Below, one piece after another: positions 35,126 through 44,314 of a DNA stretch of 64,000 nt. A model generated the notes under the pieces. It ran no database searches. It had not been told where the DNA came from and saw nothing but the letters and a program-made list of their open reading frames with translations. The first letter of the stretch is position 1. Each line of letters starts with the position of its first letter. The position numbers were made by a program, and so were the translations under genes. The DNA comes from Nitrospirota bacterium (lineage in GTDB: Bacteria > Nitrospirota > Thermodesulfovibrionia > Thermodesulfovibrionales > UBA9159), in contig JBBISG010000003.1 in the NCBI GenBank assembly GCA_037441365.1, positions 14,624-78,623 on the forward strand, given 5' to 3'.

Positions 35126-36350
35126 GTCTTTTATTATATTGATTCTAACAGCAATGTCAAGCATTACTTATGCTCAGGACATCTCTATTCACGGTTTCTT
35201 TCAGGGGAACTATTCCTTCAGCACGAGGGCAAATCCTGATGGAGGCGATTTCAAATGGGGAGATGTGAGAGCACAATTAAGGCTCGAGGCATCAAAAGAG
35301 CCCTTCAGGTTATTTCTAAAAACTGATGGATTCCTTGACCACATCAATCAAAAGGGAGACTTAGATCTGAGGGAAGGCTATATAGACTATACAGCAAAGA
35401 ATTGGGATTTGAGAGTCGGTAGACAGATCATCACGTGGGGGCTTGGTGATTTGATTTTTATAAATGATGTATTCCCAAAAGACTATGAGTCATTCTTCTC
35501 TGGAAGGCCAATGGAATACCTTAAAAAAGGTGTTGATGGTGCAAAGCTTGGTATCTATCCAGGTTTTGCATCTTTTGAACTTGTTGCTGTTCCTTTTTTC
35601 GAACCAAATAATTTCCCTGATCCAAAAAGGTTCCATATGTTTGACCCTATGCCAAATATCACAAACAGGGAGGAAAGAGAACCGACCACAAGTTTTAAAA
35701 ATACCGAGTTTGCCATGCGAATATATCGTGATGTTGCAGGCCTTGATGCATCGCTGTATTTTTATCGTGGTTTCTTCAGGCAGCCATGGATGATGCCTGA
35801 TAACCCAATGATGCCAACAAGGCTCACGCTCTTTTATCCTAAGTTGTCTGTTTATGGTGCAAGCCTCCAGGGAAGGGCACTGGATGGAGTTTTAAGCCTT
35901 GAGGCAGGATATTATGATTCAAGGCAGGACAGCGGTGGCACAGACCCTATGATTCCAAACTCCCAGACGAGGTTTTTGATTGGTTATCAGAGGCAGTTGT
36001 GGGAGGACTTTACAATCGGGCTTCAATATTATGTTGAATACATGCACGATTATTCAGAATACAGAAAGAGCCTTCCTCAAGGATTTCCAGAGGAAAAGAG
36101 ACTCTATCAGCTCATGACTGTAAGGCTCACACAACTACTTGTGCAGCAGACATTGAGATTATCTTTCTTTGCCTTTTACAGTCCTTCGGACAGGGACTAT
36201 ATGTTAAATCCAGAGGGCAGATACAGCGTGACCGACCGCATATGGGTGGCGGTTGGAGCCCATATCTTCGGTGGTGGCAAAAACTGGACACAGTTCGGGC
36301 AGTTAGACAGGAATGACAATGTTTATTTACAATTGAGATACGAATTTTAG
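35124..36350 (+). CDS. outer-membrane beta-barrel protein
   Basis: signal peptide MSFIILILTAMSSITYA-QD; alternating beta pattern; C-terminal LQLRYEF; the 89 codons upstream in the track are low-complexity and rejected. Confidence 0.6.
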   Translation: MSFIILILTAMSSITYAQDISIHGFFQGNYSFSTRANPDGGDFKWGDVRAQLRLEASKEPFRLFLKTDGFLDHINQKGDLDLREGYIDYTAKNWDLRVGRQIITWGLGDLIFINDVFPKDYESFFSGRPMEYLKKGVDGAKLGIYPGFASFELVAVPFFEPNNFPDPKRFHMFDPMPNITNREEREPTTSFKNTEFAMRIYRDVAGLDASLYFYRGFFRQPWMMPDNPMMPTRLTLFYPKLSVYGASLQGRALDGVLSLEAGYYDSRQDSGGTDPMIPNSQTRFLIGYQRQLWEDFTIGLQYYVEYMHDYSEYRKSLPQGFPEEKRLYQLMTVRLTQLLVQQTLRLSFFAFYSPSDRDYMLNPEGRYSVTDRIWVAVGAHIFGGGKNWTQFGQLDRNDNVYLQLRYEF

Positions 36351-36352
36351 CC

Positions 36353-38473
36353 CTACATGCTTACCCTCACCTTCCATGTGGTTCCGTCCTTTTTATCCTC
36401 AAGGATTATCCCCTGTTCCTCCAGCTCCTTTCTTACGGCGTCTGCCGTTGCCCAGTCCTTCCTCTGTCTCGCCTCCTGCCTCTGCTTTATCCTGTCGAGA
36501 ATATCTTCCCTTGTGAGGGGGATATTCTTTGTCTTCATGAGGGAGTCATACCACTCATCAGGACTTTTATTGAAGATATTAAGCACGTTGCCAGCCTGAT
36601 GCAGCAGTTCCTTTGTTTTTGATACGAGGTCCCCTGCCTTCCGACCTGATGGCCTGGTGTCGAGAAACCTGTTAACCTCCCTTATCAGCTCAAAGATATA
36701 CCCCAGTGCCTGGGCAGTATTGAAGTCGTCATCCATAGCCTCTTTAAACTTATCCAGAAATGTAGAGACCGCATCTTCAAGGGTCTTCCCCTGCAGAGAC
36801 GGCCATGACGAACCTCCCTCTCCCTTAAATTCTTCCATCCTTATCAGGGTAGTGTAATATCTATCAAGGGATGCCTCTGCTTCTCTGAGCAATGCGTCAG
36901 AAAATTCTATAGGGCTTCTGTAGTGGGTCGAAAGGAGGAAGAATCTCACAACCTCAGAGTCGAACTTATCGAGTATCTCCCTGATGGTAAAGAAGTTACC
37001 GAGGGACTTTGACATCTTCTCCTTATCGATGGTGATAAAGCCGTTGTGCAGCCAGTATTTAACAAAGGGCTTGCCGGTATATGCCTCTGACTGGGCCAAT
37101 TCATTTTCATGGTGAGGGAATATCAGGTCTGCGCCGCCACCGTGGATATCAAAGCTCTCGCCAAGGTGTTTTATGGACATGGCAGTGCATTCGATATGCC
37201 AGCCTGGCCTCCCAGGACCCCACGGGCTCTCCCATGATGGCTCACCTTCTTTCGATGACTTCCAGAGGGCAAAATCCATTGGATTCCTCTTTCTCTCGTC
37301 TACCTCAACTCTGGCACCTGCAAGCATCTCCTCAATATCCCTCTTTGAGAGCTTTCCGTAATCAGGGAATCTGTTCACCTCAAAATACACATCTCCATCT
37401 ACAACATATGCATATCCCTTATCTATCAACACCCTGACTATCTCTATTATCTCCTGTATATGTTCTGTCGCCTTCGGCTCAACATCAGCCCTTCCGACAC
37501 CGAGCCTGTCCATGTCTTTGTAGTACTCCTCTGTGTATTTCCTTGCAACCTCATCCCACTGGATTCCTTCCTGCCTTGCCCTGTTAATTATCTTGTCGTC
37601 GATGTCGGTGAAGTTCCTTATGTATCTCACATCAAAACCTCTGAATCTCAGGTATCTCCTTATGACATCAAAGACGACGGCGCTCCTTGCATGGCCGATG
37701 TGGCATAGGTCATAGACTGTGACTCCACATGCGTACATGCCAATCTTATTAGGGGTCAGAGGGATCAGATCCTCTTTTTTACCTGTTAGGGTATTGAAGA
37801 CCCTTACCACTCCTCCTTTCCCCTCAAGCCTCTCTATCCTTTTTTCGAGTTCTGATATATGCTTTTCCATCTCGCTGAATTTCTCCTCCACCGGGTCGGG
37901 CATCTGGACGCGTGCAAGGCTCTCCACAGGTCCTTCTTCCATCATCCTGAGGACCCTCTTCTTGATGACCTTTCCAGGGACACCAACGACAATGGAGTAT
38001 TCAGGCACAGAACTGAGCACCACCGCATTGGCACCTATCCTTGCATAATCGCCTATGGTGATTGCGCCCAGTACCTTGGCCCCGGCCCCCACCACTACAT
38101 GATTCCCCAGTGTTGGATGGCGCTTCCCCTTTTCCTTTCCTGTCCCGCCGAGGGTTACACCCTGATAGAGAAGGCAGTCCTCTCCGATCTCTGTGGTCTC
38201 TCCTATCACAACACCCATGCCGTGGTCTATGAAAAAGCCCGGCCCTATCCTTGCTGCAGGGTGTATCTCGATACCTGTTAAGAACCTTGCGATATGCGAG
38301 ATAAGGCGGGGGATTACAGGTATCCCGAGCCTCCAGAGGAAATGATTTATCCTGTGAATGAATATGGCATGAAATCCTGGATAGGCGAGGATTACCTCAA
38401 GGCCATTTCTCGCAGCAGGGTCTTTCTCAAAGACTGCCCTGTAGTCCCTCTTTATGTCGCTCCAGAAACCCAC
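36353..38473 (-). CDS. cysS: fused serine O-acetyltransferase / cysteinyl-tRNA synthetase
   Basis: single 706-aa ORF, GTG start; aa 1-220 CysE (hexapeptide repeats, [16 protein letters not shown]-type tail); aa 222-706 CysRS ([13 protein letters not shown]). Confidence 0.85.
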   Translation of the reverse strand: MGFWSDIKRDYRAVFEKDPAARNGLEVILAYPGFHAIFIHRINHFLWRLGIPVIPRLISHIARFLTGIEIHPAARIGPGFFIDHGMGVVIGETTEIGEDCLLYQGVTLGGTGKEKGKRHPTLGNHVVVGAGAKVLGAITIGDYARIGANAVVLSSVPEYSIVVGVPGKVIKKRVLRMMEEGPVESLARVQMPDPVEEKFSEMEKHISELEKRIERLEGKGGVVRVFNTLTGKKEDLIPLTPNKIGMYACGVTVYDLCHIGHARSAVVFDVIRRYLRFRGFDVRYIRNFTDIDDKIINRARQEGIQWDEVARKYTEEYYKDMDRLGVGRADVEPKATEHIQEIIEIVRVLIDKGYAYVVDGDVYFEVNRFPDYGKLSKRDIEEMLAGARVEVDERKRNPMDFALWKSSKEGEPSWESPWGPGRPGWHIECTAMSIKHLGESFDIHGGGADLIFPHHENELAQSEAYTGKPFVKYWLHNGFITIDKEKMSKSLGNFFTIREILDKFDSEVVRFFLLSTHYRSPIEFSDALLREAEASLDRYYTTLIRMEEFKGEGGSSWPSLQGKTLEDAVSTFLDKFKEAMDDDFNTAQALGYIFELIREVNRFLDTRPSGRKAGDLVSKTKELLHQAGNVLNIFNKSPDEWYDSLMKTKNIPLTREDILDRIKQRQEARQRKDWATADAVRKELEEQGIILEDKKDGTTWKVRVSM

Positions 38474-40015
38474 CTACCTCTTTTCGCTCTTTGAAGGCTC
38501 TCCTGCCTCCTTTTTTATACCCCCGATCTCCATCTTTATCATGAACCTATCGGCATTCATCCTCGCATCCCTGAATGTTGGAGATGCAAACTCGGCCTTT
38601 CTGAAGTATTTCGATGCCTCTAATTTCGGTATAAGCTCTGTAGCGGAGCTTGCATAGCCTTCTATCTCCACAGTCGTCTCGGTGACCCTCACCCTCGTGA
38701 GCCATGCAGTCTTTGGAAGTACAGATGTGAGTTCCTTGAGGATATTAAGGGCCATTGGTTTATTCTCTTTAAAGTTTCTTATCGTAGATATCTCACTGCT
38801 TATTGCCTCTATCTCTTTCTTTATATTCTCGACCTTCCTGACCGCATCCTTCCTCATTATTATCTGTTTATCGATCTCGCTGAGCCTTTTCTGTTCTATC
38901 TTCAGAGGTGTAACCATATAGAGGATGCCCATTGCGGCAATTGATAGCAGGAGGATCACTGTCAGGGCTATTGGCGTCTTTGGTCTCTCGTGGCGGCCTT
39001 TTTTCAGCAGGTCCAGCCTCTTTGCCCCAGGCCGCAATGATTCTAAAACACCTCCAATAGCAGCATAGGGCGTCCCCTCTCTCTGCGGCCCTGAGGCGAC
39101 TTTTATGTCTGTCTCATTCAGGAGGCCGAAAGGCCGGTTTATCCTCAGCTTCAGCATCTCCTTCAGTGCAGGGTTTTTGTCTTTAAATAACACCACGACC
39201 CTGGGTGACCCTCCATCTTTTTTGATGTCCTCAATTATAGGCCCTACATCCCTCATGATCGCATCGACCCTTGATTTATCATCCAGAGCCGATAGGCTGC
39301 CTGCGAAGGCTCCTGTTATTAAATCGCCTGAGAACACCGCCCCTTCATATCCCTGTTCATTTATTTCTACAAAGACCGAATCTGCTTGACCGTATACATA
39401 GCGGCATAGGGCGCCCATACCTGAGAGATTGATCGTTAGTCTGCTGACATTGAACCCCTTCTCTCTGAGGGCATTTATATAAGGCATTATAAGATCAGCC
39501 TTTGCAGCTACAATAAGGAGCGTAAGCCTTCCCTCCTTTTCCGCAAGGGTCCTGAAGTCATAGAGTGCTTCATCGGCGCTGAACGGAGTCAGCCTGTCCA
39601 TCTCGTATGAAACAACATCAGAGATATTTTCCTTTACCGTGACCGGGAACTCTGCAGTCCTGATGACGGCCCAAGCCTTCGGGATGCTCAGGGTTATGTC
39701 CGCCTTAACTGCCCTCAGATGGCTGATAGACAGGACAGCCGAAGATACAATGCCCTCTGGTTGCGGGTATCGGTCTTCATCGAGGGGATATGTTTTGAAC
39801 CCCTTTATCCTATACCGTGATAAGAACCGTGTACCGAAGGCCATTGTTATGCCTCCTTTTTCGATAGATACGCAGAGGTTCTTACCGGGATAGATCGCAT
39901 CATCAGCGAGGCTGAATGTAAGGAATCTCCATAGAGATTTCCATATGCCCTCAAGCCTTGTTGCTACTGAGGATGCAGATGTTATCAGCCGCCTTATACC
40001 CGCTGTAGCTGTCAC
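38474..40015 (-). CDS. PilM/PilN-like (GspL/M-like) assembly platform fusion protein
   Basis: 513 aa; actin-like N-domain, one TM (PIALTVILLLSIAAMGILYMV), coiled coil, PilN/GspM-like C-domain. Confidence 0.6.
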   Translation of the reverse strand: MTATAGIRRLITSASSVATRLEGIWKSLWRFLTFSLADDAIYPGKNLCVSIEKGGITMAFGTRFLSRYRIKGFKTYPLDEDRYPQPEGIVSSAVLSISHLRAVKADITLSIPKAWAVIRTAEFPVTVKENISDVVSYEMDRLTPFSADEALYDFRTLAEKEGRLTLLIVAAKADLIMPYINALREKGFNVSRLTINLSGMGALCRYVYGQADSVFVEINEQGYEGAVFSGDLITGAFAGSLSALDDKSRVDAIMRDVGPIIEDIKKDGGSPRVVVLFKDKNPALKEMLKLRINRPFGLLNETDIKVASGPQREGTPYAAIGGVLESLRPGAKRLDLLKKGRHERPKTPIALTVILLLSIAAMGILYMVTPLKIEQKRLSEIDKQIIMRKDAVRKVENIKKEIEAISSEISTIRNFKENKPMALNILKELTSVLPKTAWLTRVRVTETTVEIEGYASSATELIPKLEASKYFRKAEFASPTFRDARMNADRFMIKMEIGGIKKEAGEPSKSEKR

Positions 40016-40992
40016 TGTGTTATCGTTGACGGGCTCTTGTAGTAGACATACTGGTAGTTGCTGCCGATTAGAGCAACAACTGCCCTGATTGCATAACCCC
40101 TCTTACTGTTGCCCTTATAGCCCACGGCATCAATGGTGAATTTGTTGCTCTCTGCAATGTTTATAAATTTCATGCTCTCTGCAGGGATCCCAACCTCCTG
40201 CTGCGGATTTGTTATCCTCCTGTCAGTCCTGTAACTTATTACCCTGTCAACTATTTCGGGGGTCATGCCTGGAACTGCCATCAGGACCTCCTTCGGTGCA
40301 GCATTTACATTGATTATATTCCATCCAGAGGTGACTGTTATAAAATCATTGATGCCCTTTTTTTCAGCACTTCCATATAGTATCTCAGGCGTCATTCCTT
40401 TAACAAGCAAGAGCTCCTCCAGCGTATCGAAGTTGGCATTCTTTGCCCTGTACGGGTTTGGCAGAGACATATAATAATCGCTTTCCGCGCCGTGCAGCCT
40501 GCGGAGGTCATCTGCGTCCTTCCAGTCAAGGATAGAATCCACGATCGTATCTGCCACATCCTCCTTAACACCAGAGCTCATAAGGAGATTCTTGAGTATT
40601 ATACCAGAAGCATCTGTTAATGTGTTTATATCGAGCTTTCCGGCCTCATCCATGATCCTTACGGTGTAATATCCGTCACCGAGATGCCCTGTATAGGGCG
40701 TGCCATCTGCCCTCCAGACCTCTCTGCCCTCGGTTGTTATCATTTGATTTTTAAACATATTCCAGTAGAATGCCTCCATTATCCCCCTTTCTATCCCTGC
40801 CTCAGCAATGAATTTCTCCTCGACCCTTTCCTTAAAGGACAATGTGGAATGGGTCTCTGTCCTCGCAACAAATGAAAAGGACAGGGCAATGATCATGAGG
40901 ATTGTCAATACCCATAATACCATGAGCAGGGCGATGCCCTCCCTTTGGGAATTCAGGATTGAAGATTTGAGATTTAAATCTTTTGAGTTCAT
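40012..40992 (-). CDS. GspK-like minor pseudopilin
   Basis: start moved to MNSKDLNLKSSILNSQREG-IALLMVLWVL; INVNAAPKEVLMAVPGMTPEIVDRVISYR helix-hairpin-helix motif. Confidence 0.75.
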   Translation of the reverse strand: MNSKDLNLKSSILNSQREGIALLMVLWVLTILMIIALSFSFVARTETHSTLSFKERVEEKFIAEAGIERGIMEAFYWNMFKNQMITTEGREVWRADGTPYTGHLGDGYYTVRIMDEAGKLDINTLTDASGIILKNLLMSSGVKEDVADTIVDSILDWKDADDLRRLHGAESDYYMSLPNPYRAKNANFDTLEELLLVKGMTPEILYGSAEKKGINDFITVTSGWNIINVNAAPKEVLMAVPGMTPEIVDRVISYRTDRRITNPQQEVGIPAESMKFINIAESNKFTIDAVGYKGNSKRGYAIRAVVALIGSNYQYVYYKSPSTITQ

Positions 40993-40999
40993 CAGTACC

Positions 41000-41036
41000 G
41001 GGGTCCCCAAAAAGTCGAAGACTTTTTGGGGTGCCC
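41000..41036. repeat. palindromic element, full copy (loop GAAG)
   Basis: GGGGTCCCCAAAAAGTC-GAAG-ACTTTTTGGGGTGCCC between the gspJ-like stop and the gspK-like start. Confidence 0.9.
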
Positions 41037-41065
41037 TTTTCGTTCTGGACCCTGCATTACTATTA

Positions 41066-41794
41066 CTATCGCATTCCAACTGGCCTGTTGCCGGTTAAGG
41101 CTGTTTGCGCCATCAACCCCCTTGCCCTCATCGGGATGATCATAGAGAAATCCATTCTCCCCTTAACAAGATGGAGTCTTATCTTTTCTGGGATGCTTGT
41201 GGCATCTGTCCATTGCTCGATCCACCTTCCCTGTTGCTCTGTCGGGTCCCTGTAGAAATACTCAAAATAAATCCGGTCAAAGGTGTCCAGGAGTTTTGTC
41301 TCTCTATTGTCATTTGTGCCGATGTTGCTTTCGGATGCATATAAAACCTGACCGGGGCCCCCAAAAAGTCGAAGACTTTTTGGGGTGCCCTGCTTCCCAT
41401 AGTTAGCTGATTCTACCCTGTAAGTGACAATGACATAACCCCTCTGTCCGCTCCAGATAGAGTAGTTTGTTGAAAATTGCATTGAGTCCATGCCACCTTT
41501 AAAGTAATACTTCTTAACACCATCTTCATCATATGTAAGCGGGACCTCTGACTGAATCTGGGAATCTATGATATTTAGCGATGCCCTGATTCTCTCAAGG
41601 TATTCTATCTTTCTCTCTCCTGACTCTACAGAGCGGGCTCCGAGCCTCAAGGCGCCTCCTATGATCAGGATAATAACCCCGAGTATGGCAATAGAGATCA
41701 GCAGATCAAGAAGGGTAAAGCCCCCCTCATGGGAATTCAAGATTAAAAATTTAAAATTTAAGATTTTTGAGTTCTTTAATGTTTTATTTTTCAT
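41066..41794 (-). CDS. GspJ-like minor pseudopilin with a long leader and an in-frame palindromic element
   Basis: prepilin motif HEGG-FTLLDLLISIAILG; internal GTPKSLRLFGGPG encoded by the repeat at 41354..41390. Confidence 0.65.
   Translation of the reverse strand: MKNKTLKNSKILNFKFLILNSHEGGFTLLDLLISIAILGVIILIIGGALRLGARSVESGERKIEYLERIRASLNIIDSQIQSEVPLTYDEDGVKKYYFKGGMDSMQFSTNYSIWSGQRGYVIVTYRVESANYGKQGTPKSLRLFGGPGQVLYASESNIGTNDNRETKLLDTFDRIYFEYFYRDPTEQQGRWIEQWTDATSIPEKIRLHLVKGRMDFSMIIPMRARGLMAQTALTGNRPVGMR
41354..41390. repeat. palindromic element, full copy inside the gspJ-like CDS
   Basis: GGGGCCCCCAAAAAGTC-GAAG-ACTTTTTGGGGTGCCC. Confidence 0.9.
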
Positions 41795-41810
41795 TTTGAA
41801 TCCTGAATTA

Positions 41811-42194
41811 TCATATCTGTTTATTTGCCACCTTCAGCGTCCTCAGGGTCAGCGACCTCTCCTTTGTCCCCTTTGTCCAGCGGAGCGTCATGTCTATCTT
41901 CAGGAGTCTTACCTGAAGATTTTCTGTCCTCTCTTTCGATGTGTCGGAAACTGATACATCTATCCTGTAGCCGTCATCCGTTGCCTCACTCCACGACCTC
42001 TCTGTGAGTTTTTCATCATCGAGTATCTCCCTCATCCTTGCCTCTGCCTTCATGACAGCAGAGACATAATCGTCTGAGCTTGATACGGCCCTCAGATTGG
42101 CTGAAAAAAGCTGCAGGACCACTGTTATTGCGATGCCCAGTATCGCAATAGCCACAAGGACCTCGAGGAGGGTGAAACCCTCCATGTCCGTCAT
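41811..42194 (-). CDS. GspI-like minor pseudopilin
   Basis: 127 aa from MTDMEG-FTLLEVLVAIAILG; the 63 upstream codons in the track are translated word repeats. Confidence 0.7.
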   Translation of the reverse strand: MTDMEGFTLLEVLVAIAILGIAITVVLQLFSANLRAVSSSDDYVSAVMKAEARMREILDDEKLTERSWSEATDDGYRIDVSVSDTSKERTENLQVRLLKIDMTLRWTKGTKERSLTLRTLKVANKQI

Positions 42195-42382
42195 ACGTGT
42201 CCGTCTATCAGGGTGAGGAAGCCTGTTAGTTCGTAAGTTCGAAAGCACGGAAGGACGGAAGCAGTGAACTCCGTTGTCCGTAGTCCGTGTCCGTGTTCTA
42301 TAAACGGATAACGGAGAACGGACACGAATCACGAACTTTGCTTCTGCACTTCTGCTCTTCTGCTCTATGTTGTGCTTCTGCA
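42195..42382. repeat. heptamer-word spacer (TGTCCGT AGTCCGT GTCCGTG ... AACGGAT AACGGAG AACGGAC ... TGCTTCT GCACTTC TGCTCTT)
   Basis: 7-nt periodic degenerate arrays with inverted arms, read directly. Confidence 0.7.
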
Positions 42383-42904
42383 CTATTTTATTACAACCGA
42401 TCCAACTACAGGGTCTAACTGTATGCTCACTGACCTTCTGTTGTCAGACAGGACAATGGTTCCGCCCTCAATACCGCCTGTTGCATGAAACACAATGGAG
42501 TATTTACCACTATGAACCTCCCCTGAAAAGGGATCGATTATCCTGATATTTATACCTGATGGGATGTTTTTATCGCCCTGTCCCGCTATGCCGTAGGACA
42601 TTGAGTCAAGGTTTATCAAGACAACCTGTGTCTCACTATTAGTCCGGGCTATTGATTTAGCATGCCTGATGGTTGCTGACATCTCCCTAACGACTCCATT
42701 GAGCCTGCTTGACAGCAGGGTGTTGGCAAAAAATACGGTCGATAGACCGAGTATGAGTGTAATGAGAAAGATAACCATTATAAGCTCCAAAAGGGTGAAA
42801 CCCCTCCCATTAGAGCGATAGTGTGATAGAGCGATAGAGCGATAGTCAAATTTCCGTGAACAGTGATCCGTGAAACGTGAAACGGAACACGGAAAACGGA
42901 ACAC
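42383..42904 (-). CDS. GspH-like minor pseudopilin, start codon uncertain
   Basis: prepilin motif NGRG-FTLLELIMVIFLITLILG; no in-frame ATG near the motif; nearest in-frame start is GTG 42904 inside the repeat field (35-aa leader). Confidence 0.5.
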   Translation of the reverse strand: MFRFPCSVSRFTDHCSRKFDYRSIALSHYRSNGRGFTLLELIMVIFLITLILGLSTVFFANTLLSSRLNGVVREMSATIRHAKSIARTNSETQVVLINLDSMSYGIAGQGDKNIPSGINIRIIDPFSGEVHSGKYSIVFHATGGIEGGTIVLSDNRRSVSIQLDPVVGSVVIK

Positions 42905-42940
42905 GGCACCCCAAAAAGTCTTCGACTTTTTGGGGACCCC
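42905..42940. repeat. palindromic element, full copy in inverted orientation (loop TTCG)
   Basis: GGCACCCCAAAAAGTC-TTCG-ACTTTTTGGGGACCCC. Confidence 0.9.
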
Positions 42941-43120
42941 GGTCACGGAAAACGGATCAATAATTGGAATATCTCCCCTAACCCCGCTTTTCCAAAGAGG
43001 GAAAATCCCTCCCTTTAGCAAATGGAGGTCAGGTGGGATTTTATAAAAACATGTCGTTTCCTTATAAAAACTGTCGCTCTGTCGCTCTGCCGCACCATTA
43101 ATCCGCTGACCCATAACCCC

Positions 43121-44314
43121 TCAGAACGGCAGCTCTGTTATGCTGAATATGGCCATGAGCATCGAGACGACGATAAACCCGATTACAAGGCCCATCCCGA
43201 GAATCATTGCAGGTTCGAGGAGGCTGACAAACCTCTTTATGGATGTATTCAGGCTCTTTTCGTATGTAGAGGCTATCTTCATAAGCATGTCGTCAAGCTG
43301 ACCTGTCTCCTCACCGACCTTGATCATAGACAGCGCAAGTGGCGGAAAGACATTTGCATCGGACAGCGGAGCTGCTATGCCCTTGCCCTCTTTGACCCCC
43401 TTTGAAACTGTATCGATACAAGAGGCTATGGCCTGATTGTTTATGACATCCCTTGCATTGTTTAATGCCTGCAGCAGCGGCACTCCGCTTTTGAGGAGAG
43501 TGCCCAGCGTTCGGCAGAAACGTGCTGTCTCGAGTTTCCTTATAATATCGCCGAAGACCTTCAATTTAATAGAGTCCCATCTGTATCTGTTAGGAGCGGA
43601 TTTTATGTAATTCTTAAAGATGACCCAGCCACCGATTATTGCTGACAACACAACCCACCAGTAAGATTTCAGTGTATTGCTGAAGGTGAGAACAATCTGT
43701 GTTGGAAGGGGCAGTGAGGTCCCAAGCTCTGCAAATATTACGGAGAATTTTGGAAGGACATAGGTCAAAAGGACAATGATGGACAGACCACCTGTTACAA
43801 CAAGTATGGTTGGATATATCATTGCTGAGACCACATGGTCTTTTAATTCCTTTGAGGATTCGAGGAATTCGTTAAGTTTTTCCAGTACCACATCCAGAAC
43901 GCCACCCGCCTCACCTGCCCTTATCATGTTCACATAGATCCTCGGGAATATCCTCGAATGCCGCTGGAGTGCATCCGAAAAAGAGCTGCCCTCTCTGATG
44001 GATTTCATTACGGACTGGATTATCTCCTTCATCTCTCTGCCTTCAGTTATTTCAGAGAGGATGTTGAGGCTTCTGTCAAGGGGCATGCCTGCGCCTAAAA
44101 GAGCTGAGAGCTCTGATGTGAAGGTGAGGAGGTCTCCCCTTGCTGACCTCGACAGAAGCCTTCTTTTTATGCCCTCCTTCGGGGCGGCTATCATCAATGG
44201 AATGACGCCTGAATTCTTCAGCCTTTCGACAGCAGCCCTCTGGTCTGCTGCCTCGATAACCCCTTCCACAATCGCACCCTCCATAGTGGTTGCCCTGTAA
44301 GAGAAGTGAGCCAA
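43121..44314 (-). CDS. gspF: type II secretion / type IV pilus platform protein GspF/PilC
   Basis: 397 aa; duplicated T2SF domains, 3 TMs. Confidence 0.9.
   Translation of the reverse strand: MAHFSYRATTMEGAIVEGVIEAADQRAAVERLKNSGVIPLMIAAPKEGIKRRLLSRSARGDLLTFTSELSALLGAGMPLDRSLNILSEITEGREMKEIIQSVMKSIREGSSFSDALQRHSRIFPRIYVNMIRAGEAGGVLDVVLEKLNEFLESSKELKDHVVSAMIYPTILVVTGGLSIIVLLTYVLPKFSVIFAELGTSLPLPTQIVLTFSNTLKSYWWVVLSAIIGGWVIFKNYIKSAPNRYRWDSIKLKVFGDIIRKLETARFCRTLGTLLKSGVPLLQALNNARDVINNQAIASCIDTVSKGVKEGKGIAAPLSDANVFPPLALSMIKVGEETGQLDDMLMKIASTYEKSLNTSIKRFVSLLEPAMILGMGLVIGFIVVSMLMAIFSITELPF

Noticed and set aside
37808-37819. Independent cysS gene simply overlapping cysE
   Set aside because: No stop codon terminates the CysE frame before the CysRS domain, so the sequence as given encodes a fusion. 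Internal initiation at GTG 37810 is kept only as a secondary possibility because the SD-like motif abuts the GTG.
40993-41079. N-terminal extensions of track ORFs through repeat DNA (40012..41079; also 12093..12161, 42195..42383, 34857..35123, 47347..47505, 19012..19071, 13816..13869)
   Set aside because: The extensions translate palindromic, REP or word repeats, or overlap promoters. Better starts with SDs, signal peptides or prepilin motifs exist downstream.
27271-42940. CRISPR array formed by the recurring 37-nt palindrome
   Set aside because: The copies are kilobases apart with no regular repeat-spacer periodicity. They occur in both orientations, some lie inside genes, and no cas genes are present.
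42905-43120. A hidden gspG (major pseudopilin) gene in the gspF-gspH gap
   Set aside because: Translation of all three minus-strand frames shows no G-F-T-L-I/L-E hydrophobic N-terminus. The interval is entirely repeat sequence.
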